This document shows, in pieces, positions 25,826 through 32,000 of a stretch of DNA of 32,000 bases. The translations under genes were made by a program, and so were the position numbers. The number at the start of each line of letters is the position of its first letter. Position 1 is the stretch's first letter. This DNA comes from Alphaproteobacteria bacterium. Its GTDB lineage: Bacteria; Pseudomonadota; Alphaproteobacteria; UBA1280; UBA6503. A model generated the notes under the pieces. That model was not told the origin of the DNA and did not search any database. It saw only the letters and a program-made list of their open reading frames with translations. The stretch covers positions 39,148-71,147 of the forward strand of contig JAJFIW010000030.1 in the NCBI GenBank assembly GCA_021774615.1, written 5' to 3'.

Positions 25826-27898
25826 TTATACCGTTCCTACAGTTTTTATCTTAATTTTGGGGTGCAATTCTTGCTGGCTTAATACCGGAATTGTCGGCAT
25901 ACTACGTTCTAGCAATGAACGTACATAAGGTCTATTGCTAGGAGTTGTCAATAAAATAGGTTGCCCACCTCCAGCCATAGTTTTTTCAAATGTATCTTTA
26001 ACTGACTTTAAGAATGTTTGTACTTTGCTTGGTTCCATTGCTAATTGGCGGTCTTCCCCCTCCTGGATCAGAGCGTTAGAAATTTCTTTTTCCCAGCCAG
26101 TTGAAAGAGCAATTATTTGTACATAGCCATCAGTATTAATATGTGCAGCCGTAATTTGGCGGCTTAGGCGTGCTCGCACAAGCTCGGTTATGTATTGGAT
26201 ATTTTTAGTAAGGGTTACTGCGTCAGCAACCGACTCCATAATTGTTAATAAATCCCGTACTGATACCCTCTCTGAAAGTAGGTTTTGCAGGACTTTTTGC
26301 AATAAACCAACACTAACAGGCTCAGGCACAATAGTTCTAGCAATACCTCTTTGGTCTTCTGGCAGTTCTTCGGTAAGTTTTTGCACTTCTTGGCGAGTTA
26401 ATAACTCAGACAGGTTATCTTTAATTATTTCGGTAAGGTGTGTCACAATAACGGTAGAGTTGTCTACCACAGTGTAACCGTTAAAAGATGCTTCCTCACG
26501 GTGTTTTTCATCAATCCATCGGGCTGGTAAACCAAAGGTAGGCTCGATAGTTTCTTCGCCATCAATAGGTGGAGCATGGCCTGTTGCATCCATTGCTAGT
26601 AGCCAACCAGGGCGTAAATTGCCAGATGCTGCCTGCACGTCTTTAATAGAAATGCTATACCCACCAGACTCAAGCTGCATATTATCTTGGATACGAATAC
26701 TCGGCACCACAAAGCCAATTTCTTTAGCTAATTGGCGGCGCATTGCTTTTATTTGTTCGGTTAGCCTACCGCCTTTAGACTCGTCAATTAAACCTAATAA
26801 GCCATAACCAAGCTGTAGACGTAGGGTATCTATTTGTAGAATACTAGAAAGAGGCTCTTCTGTAGGTTTTGCAGCTTCTATTTTTTCTTCTTCTTCTATA
26901 ACTGCTGCGGCTTCTTGTTGTGAGACTGCAAGCGTTAGTAAATAGCCAGCCGCAGCAGATATAACTGCCAGTGTCCAAAATGGTAGCATCGGGATTCCTG
27001 GTAGTACCCCAAGCATAGCCATCATCCCTGAAAGCACAAAAAGGGCTTTCGGGTATTTAGCAAATTGTGTAAATAATAGCGCACCAGATGCTTGAGGGTG
27101 GCGTGCTTTTGAAACCAAGAAACCAGCTGACAATGAAATAATCAGCGCTGGCACCATTGCAACCAAACCGTCACCAACGGTTAAAATAATATAACGGTTA
27201 GAAGCCTCAGAAAAGCCCATATCATGAAGCATCATACCAGCTGTAACACCAGCAATAATGTTAATCCCAGTAATGATTAACCCTGCAATTGCATCTCCAC
27301 GTACAAACTTACTAGCACCATCCATAGCACCATAAAAGCTTGTTTCATATTCTAAGTCTTGGCGCCGAGTTCGGGCTTCGTCTTCGTTGATTGTGCCAGC
27401 GTTAAGGTCGGCATCAATCGCCATTTGTTTACCAGGTAATGAGTCCAAGCTAAACCTAGCAGCAACCTCAGCAATACGAGTCGCACCTTTGGTAATAACT
27501 ACAAAGTTAAAGACAAGATAGATGATGAAAATCATAATCCCAACCAAAAACTCGCCGCTCATAATAATCTGGCCGAAAGCCTCAATAATTTTACCAGCAG
27601 CAGCTGTACTATCATGTCCATCGGTTAAAATAAGCCGGGTAGAGGCTATGTTTAGTGCTAAACGGAGCAAGGTTGTTACTAGCAAAATTGTCGGGAAAGA
27701 ACTGAAATCCATAGCTCTTTCAGTCATCAATACATTTAGCATTACTAAAATAGCAATCGCAATACTAATGGTGAACATCACATCTAATATAGCTGCAGGT
27801 AGGGGGATGAACAATAAGGCAACAATAGTCATAACACCAAGCGGCAAAGCAAGCTCACTGCGCTTTATAAAAGATATTATGCTATCAAACTGTGACAA
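25826..27898 (-). CDS. flhA: flagellar biosynthesis protein FlhA
   Basis: ISIAIAILVMLNVLMTERAMDFSSFPTILLVTTLLRLALNIASTRLIL, VITKGATRIAEVAARFSLDSLPGKQMAIDADL, GDAIAGLIITGINIIAG. TTG start codon. Confidence 0.98.
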   Translation of the reverse strand: MSQFDSIISFIKRSELALPLGVMTIVALLFIPLPAAILDVMFTISIAIAILVMLNVLMTERAMDFSSFPTILLVTTLLRLALNIASTRLILTDGHDSTAAAGKIIEAFGQIIMSGEFLVGIMIFIIYLVFNFVVITKGATRIAEVAARFSLDSLPGKQMAIDADLNAGTINEDEARTRRQDLEYETSFYGAMDGASKFVRGDAIAGLIITGINIIAGVTAGMMLHDMGFSEASNRYIILTVGDGLVAMVPALIISLSAGFLVSKARHPQASGALLFTQFAKYPKALFVLSGMMAMLGVLPGIPMLPFWTLAVISAAAGYLLTLAVSQQEAAAVIEEEEKIEAAKPTEEPLSSILQIDTLRLQLGYGLLGLIDESKGGRLTEQIKAMRRQLAKEIGFVVPSIRIQDNMQLESGGYSISIKDVQAASGNLRPGWLLAMDATGHAPPIDGEETIEPTFGLPARWIDEKHREEASFNGYTVVDNSTVIVTHLTEIIKDNLSELLTRQEVQKLTEELPEDQRGIARTIVPEPVSVGLLQKVLQNLLSERVSVRDLLTIMESVADAVTLTKNIQYITELVRARLSRQITAAHINTDGYVQIIALSTGWEKEISNALIQEGEDRQLAMEPSKVQTFLKSVKDTFEKTMAGGGQPILLTTPSNRPYVRSLLERSMPTIPVLSQQELHPKIKIKTVGTV

Positions 27899-28029
27899 TT
27901 ATAGCCGTTCCTTTAAACATTTAACATTCCGCCTTCCAGTATACCTGTTATCTTGTAAATAGGGGAGGGGTTGTGTGGTTTTTGGGCAGGCAGGTGTTGC
28001 TTAAATAACAGAATTTAGTAAACAATTAA

Positions 28030-29427
28030 TTAACTAGAAACTGCCATTTTTTTGTTTTCATATTCTTGTAGCTTGTCACGTAGGGTTTTAATGGTAATGC
28101 CTAGCATATTTGCTGCGTGCGAGCGGTTGCCTCCGCAATAGTCTAGAGTGCTAAGGATAAGCTCTTTTTCAACCTCGTGCATTTGCCGACCAATCATACC
28201 GCCAGTTTGGGTAATATTACCTGTTTGGTAGCCACCTTGTGCGGCTGCATATGCATTGGTAGCACTGCCTGTTGGTGCTGCTGGTTGTGGTTCTTCCTTT
28301 GTTTCCACCATGTCGCGGCTCATTGCAGATATTTCTATATTATCAGCGCTAAGAGTATTGCCATTCATCAGTAAAATTGCCCGATGAATGGTGTTTTCTA
28401 GTTCACGCACATTACCTTTCCAGTAGCAACCAATAAGCTTTTCTTTTGCATCATCAGAAAGTGTAATACCACTCATCTCATATTGCCCAGAAAACTTCTC
28501 TATAAAGTGTTCCGCCAGAGAAAGTATATCGCTAGGGCGTTCTCGTAGTGGCGGTAACTCGATAGATGCAACATTAAGGCGGAAGTATAAATCTTCACGG
28601 AAATTCCCAGCGCGTACTTCATCTTCAAGGTTGCGGTTAGTTGTAGCAATTAGGCGAATGTCTATTGGTACAGGTTTTGTTGCACCAACAGGGTCTATAA
28701 CCCGCTCTTGGATGGCACGTAGCAATTTTGACTGTAGCGATATATCCATTTCTGAAATTTCATCAAGCAATAGTGTCCCACCATCAGCTTGCTGGAACTT
28801 ACCTAGTCGTTTAGCAACAGCACCAGAAAAAGCCCCTTTTTCATGCCCAAACAGCTCGCTTTCGAGTAAATTTTCGGGGATAGCTGCGCAGTTCACGCTA
28901 ATAAAAGGGTTGTTTTTACGAGGGCTATTATCGTGGATAAAGCGGCTTAATACTTCTTTACCTGTGCCAGACTCGCCACGTAGCAGAACAGTTGCATTTG
29001 ATGTTGCGAATTTACGAGCAAGCCCAAGCATTTTTTGGGTTTTATCATCAGCAGCAATTGGCCCACCTTCAGATTGCACAGAGCTTAATTCTGATAATAA
29101 TTCTGCTAATTGTTTTTCTTCAATTGGGGTAATAAGATATTCAATCGCACCAAGCCTAATAGCCGTAACTGCATTCTGGACATTGCTTGCATCACCAATA
29201 GCAACAACAGGGGTATTAAGGCGAGCCTCAGTATAAGCAGAGAAAAACTCAGGTAGATTAAGTGACGCGCTAATAAATGCCATTTCAATGCGCTCTTGGC
29301 ATAGCAATGTAATTGCAGCTGTCATATCTGTTTCTGTTAGCACTGTCATGTTATGGGCTTTGCCATACTTAACAATAGCGCTATCAGCACCAGATAAGTC
29401 ACCAATGAGAAGCAATCGAATGCTCAT
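28030..29427 (-). CDS. sigma-54-dependent flagellar transcriptional activator (FlbD-like)
   Basis: Receiver-like N-terminus; AAA+ domain VLLRGESGTGKEVLSRFIHDNS, ESELFGHEKGAFSGAV, GGTLLLDEISEMDISLQSKLLRAIQE; C-terminal Fis-type HTH SRNHAANMLGITIKTLRDKLQEY. Confidence 0.92.
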   Translation of the reverse strand: MSIRLLLIGDLSGADSAIVKYGKAHNMTVLTETDMTAAITLLCQERIEMAFISASLNLPEFFSAYTEARLNTPVVAIGDASNVQNAVTAIRLGAIEYLITPIEEKQLAELLSELSSVQSEGGPIAADDKTQKMLGLARKFATSNATVLLRGESGTGKEVLSRFIHDNSPRKNNPFISVNCAAIPENLLESELFGHEKGAFSGAVAKRLGKFQQADGGTLLLDEISEMDISLQSKLLRAIQERVIDPVGATKPVPIDIRLIATTNRNLEDEVRAGNFREDLYFRLNVASIELPPLRERPSDILSLAEHFIEKFSGQYEMSGITLSDDAKEKLIGCYWKGNVRELENTIHRAILLMNGNTLSADNIEISAMSRDMVETKEEPQPAAPTGSATNAYAAAQGGYQTGNITQTGGMIGRQMHEVEKELILSTLDYCGGNRSHAANMLGITIKTLRDKLQEYENKKMAVSS

Positions 29428-29443
29428 ATTGCTCCTTTACTTT

Positions 29444-30214
29444 TTAAAAGACTTTTATGCGTTCGGTTGGTGGTAGTATAGCATTTAGCATAATCTCAAG
29501 TTGCCGAGGATTTTCTTGCTTAACAACTGACATTACAGATGTGGTATAAATACGGCGGAGTTGGATCTCACTAAGGCTATTTTTTTCTAATTTTGCAGCT
29601 AATGGTGTAAACACCATATTAGCTAAAATTGCACCATAAAGCGTAGTTAACAATGCCACTGCCATCGCCGGGCCAATAGCTGAAGGGTCTGCTAAGTTAC
29701 CAAGCATTTGTACCAAGCCTATTAATGTTCCAATAAGCCCCATAGCTGGTGCAAGCTCTGCGGAACGCCTTAAAATAGAGATTGTTTTATTGTGGCGGTC
29801 TATCATGCTAAGGGTGTCGTCTTCTAAAATTTTATTAATAGCTTCTGGGTTTACTCCATCAATAGCTAATAAAAAGCCTTGTCTAGCGAACCTATCTTTA
29901 AAAGCTTCAACTTCTTCTTGAATATTCAAGATGCCACTAACCCTGGATTTCTGGGATAATTCAACCATTTTTGTGGCTTCTGCAGATTTATTATGCAGCG
30001 GCTTATATACTAAAGCCCTAAAAATAACCCCTTGAGAGTTCATAACTTCTGCCATGTTAAAGCTTACTGTCGTAATAGCAAATGTACCACCCAACACAAT
30101 AAGCATTGACGGAGGGTTAAGAAACCCCATTACATTGCCACCCATGGCTATTGCCATGGCTACAAAACTAAAACCTATTAATAGTCCAAAAATAGTAGCT
30201 AAATCAAAACGCAC
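29444..30214 (-). CDS. motA: flagellar motor stator protein MotA/PomA family
   Basis: 256 aa; MGGNVMGFLNPPSMLIVLGGTFAIT, LRRSAELAPAMGLIGTLIGLVQMLGNLADPSAIGPAMAVALLTTLYGAILANMVFTPLAAKLE. Confidence 0.9.
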   Translation of the reverse strand: MRFDLATIFGLLIGFSFVAMAIAMGGNVMGFLNPPSMLIVLGGTFAITTVSFNMAEVMNSQGVIFRALVYKPLHNKSAEATKMVELSQKSRVSGILNIQEEVEAFKDRFARQGFLLAIDGVNPEAINKILEDDTLSMIDRHNKTISILRRSAELAPAMGLIGTLIGLVQMLGNLADPSAIGPAMAVALLTTLYGAILANMVFTPLAAKLEKNSLSEIQLRRIYTTSVMSVVKQENPRQLEIMLNAILPPTERIKVF

Positions 30215-30238
30215 GCTATGGTTTTCCTTTTGTATTTA

Positions 30239-30619
30239 TTATTTACTTGATTTGACAATTTCAGTCATGGTCACACCAAGTTTGTCTTCATCAGCGATAA
30301 CAACTTCTCCACGTGCTACTAGTCTGTCATTAATATAAATGTCAATAGCTTCACCAATTTTGCGGTCAAGAACAACAACAGCACCACGGCCTAATTTTAA
30401 AAGCTGGTTGATTTCCATTTGTGTTTCGCCCAAAACTGCACTAACCCGAACAGGGATATCGTAAATAGCCTCTAGCCCAGCTTCATTTCTTTGTGATTGC
30501 TCTTGATCTTTATCCTCGGCAATACCTTCTATGTTTAGATCGTCAAGAGTCATGCCAGCTGGCGCTTCGGCTGGGGTTTCAGGAGTGTCCTCAGGAGGAG
30601 TTTGCGGTGTATCTGTCAT
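30239..30619 (-). CDS. fliN: flagellar motor switch protein FliN
   Basis: YDIPVRVSAVLGETQMEINQLLKLGRGAVVVLDRKIGEAIDIYINDRLVARGEVVIADEDKLGVTMTEIVKS. Confidence 0.96.
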   Translation of the reverse strand: MTDTPQTPPEDTPETPAEAPAGMTLDDLNIEGIAEDKDQEQSQRNEAGLEAIYDIPVRVSAVLGETQMEINQLLKLGRGAVVVLDRKIGEAIDIYINDRLVARGEVVIADEDKLGVTMTEIVKSSK

Positions 30620-30711
30620 AATGTGCCCAACCTTATTTTTATTCTAAAAATTATACTTAATTGATTATACGATGATTTTGCCTATAGGTAAAAGATTTAA
30701 TATATAGCCAT

Positions 30712-31539
30712 TTATAACTTATCGTCAGTATCGGTATCGGTATCAGTTTCTACAGGTTCGTCTTTTTGTGTTGATTCACTAGGGGCCGCTTCTAGTTCGC
30801 TTATTTCTGTAGTATCATCCAATATTTCTTTTTCTGTGCTTTGTTCTCTTTGGGTATCATCAAGTACGGGTGTACCTGCAGCAGATACCGAATCCAGTAT
30901 ATTCTCGATTTTACTAGATAGTTCAGATGCTCTTATATCTATACCACCAGAGTCCCATTCTATAACACAGTCTCCTCCAGCAAGGTCTTCTCTGATTTCA
31001 ATATCATTAGCAGTTAATTTGTCTTTTGCTTCTGGTGCTTCTAAAATTGTTTTACATAGGTATTCGTATGTTTCGGCAGACGTAAAGATTTTTATTTTAT
31101 ACCCTTTTGCAATAGATGTATAAATTTGGCTAATGGCATTCTCTAGCAAATCTTGAGGGTAGTGTTTGCGTGCATGGCCAAGTAAAACAGGGGTTATTTC
31201 TTTAACAAGGTCAAATGCTTCGTGCATTAGCTGTTGAGCAACTTTTTGCTTTATAACTTGTGCATCTGATATATGTTTGAACAATTCTGATGTTTTATCA
31301 GTTAAAATATTCTTAAAATCTTCTGTTGCTTGCTTTTTACCTTCAGCAATGCCAGCAGCATACCCACGAGACTCTGCTTGGGCTAGGTCTTCTTCTGTAA
31401 TTGGAGGTATTTCTGCTGCAATTCGCTGTTCTTCTGCAATACGGCGTTCTTCTAGTTCTATTTCAAAGAAGTTTGTATCAAACAAGCAGCGTTCAAGAGA
31501 TTTCTCTTGTCTTTTTTCTATGATTTTCTTTTCGGTCAT
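30712..31539 (-). CDS. FliH/FlbE-like flagellar assembly protein
   Basis: Located between fliG and fliN, as FliH/FlbE is in alphaproteobacteria; charged helical N-terminus with ESRGYAAGIAEGKKQ, followed by a FliH-like C-terminal region; acidic TDTDTDTD tail. Confidence 0.7.
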   Translation of the reverse strand: MTEKKIIEKRQEKSLERCLFDTNFFEIELEERRIAEEQRIAAEIPPITEEDLAQAESRGYAAGIAEGKKQATEDFKNILTDKTSELFKHISDAQVIKQKVAQQLMHEAFDLVKEITPVLLGHARKHYPQDLLENAISQIYTSIAKGYKIKIFTSAETYEYLCKTILEAPEAKDKLTANDIEIREDLAGGDCVIEWDSGGIDIRASELSSKIENILDSVSAAGTPVLDDTQREQSTEKEILDDTTEISELEAAPSESTQKDEPVETDTDTDTDDKL

Positions 31540-31558
31540 TATGCCCTACTCTTATTTT

Positions 31559-32000
31559 TTAATAAACATAGTCATCACCGCTGTTTTCATCAGCAATAAT
31601 AATTTCACCTGCGTCATAAAGAGTTTTGGCAACTGTAACAATCTCTTGTTGGGCAATCTCAACGTCTTTAACGCGTATTGGCCCTACAGCTTCCATATCT
31701 TCTCGTAGAATTTTCGCTGCACGCTCAGACATATTAGATAAAACCTTCTCGCGTAGCTCATCGTTTGCACCTTTAAGAGCAATTGCAAGTTTATCTTTTT
31801 CAATGTCACGTAATAGAGTTTGGATACCTTTATCATCAGTTTTAAGTAGATCTTCAAAAGTAAACATTAATGCACGAATAAGTTCAGCATCTTCGCTGCG
31901 CCTAGATTCTAACATTTCCATAAATTTTGCTTCATGAGCACGGTCAAAATTATTGAATATTTCAGCCATCATCTCGTGGGTGTCTCGCTTATTGCGAGAT
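31559..32000 (-). CDS. fliG: flagellar motor switch protein FliG, C-terminal part (5' end beyond the window)
   Basis: [77 protein letters not shown]. The track M at 31972 is internal: upstream codons (SRNKRDTHE) stay open to the window edge. Confidence 0.96.
   Translation of the reverse strand, partial: SRNKRDTHEMMAEIFNNFDRAHEAKFMEMLESRRSEDAELIRALMFTFEDLLKTDDKGIQTLLRDIEKDKLAIALKGANDELREKVLSNMSERAAKILREDMEAVGPIRVKDVEIAQQEIVTVAKTLYDAGEIIIADENSGDDYVY

Noticed and set aside
25283-25882. 199 aa plus-strand ORF opposite flhF
   Set aside because: Antisense to conserved FlhF GTPase motifs.
28631-29236. 201 aa plus-strand ORF opposite the flbD-like gene
   Set aside because: Antisense to the Walker A/B region of the AAA+ domain; no independent start signal or family.
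31626-31937. Plus-strand ORFs opposite fliG and the FliH-like gene
   Set aside because: Shadows of conserved minus-strand flagellar genes.
1-32000. CRISPR array, transposase, integrase, prophage, toxin-antitoxin, BGC or defence island
   Set aside because: Reading both strands and the ORF products, I found no regular spaced repeats, no recombinase or transposase motifs, and no known defence or biosynthetic signatures.

Overview
This 32 kb window looks like ordinary chromosome from a low-GC, flagellated alphaproteobacterium (taxonomic assignment is inference). Left part: divergent SRP GTPase genes ftsY(-)/ffh(+), then rpsP-rimM-(208 aa unknown)-trmD, a minus-strand membrane-protein gene, and rplS. 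Next come a LON-substrate-binding-domain protein, a uracil-DNA-glycosylase-like protein that seems to lack the usual active-site motif, a Slt-type lytic transglycosylase, rnhB, a DUF721/DciA-like protein, a DsbA-like thioredoxin-fold protein and atpI. An insert carrying two minus-strand orphan membrane-protein genes follows, one of them a 58 aa ORF absent from the supplied track. Then atpB-atpE-atpF (a single b subunit here), rpmE, cheW(-), fliI-fliJ, and two small membrane proteins. The right third is a long minus-strand flagellar/chemotaxis cluster: fliG(partial)-fliH/flbE-like-fliN-motA-flbD-like-flhA-flhF-flhG-tag-fliK-like-cheR-unknown. I found no CRISPR array, transposon, prophage, toxin-antitoxin or defence island, and I recognised no tRNA or rRNA. 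No strong candidate for a new multi-gene system is visible. The best leads are the degenerate UDG-like protein, the split atp operon with orphan membrane genes, the unknown gene between rimM and trmD, the recurrent small polytopic membrane proteins, the unknown ORF overlapping cheR, the tag gene in the flagellar operon, and paired hairpins upstream of rpsP.
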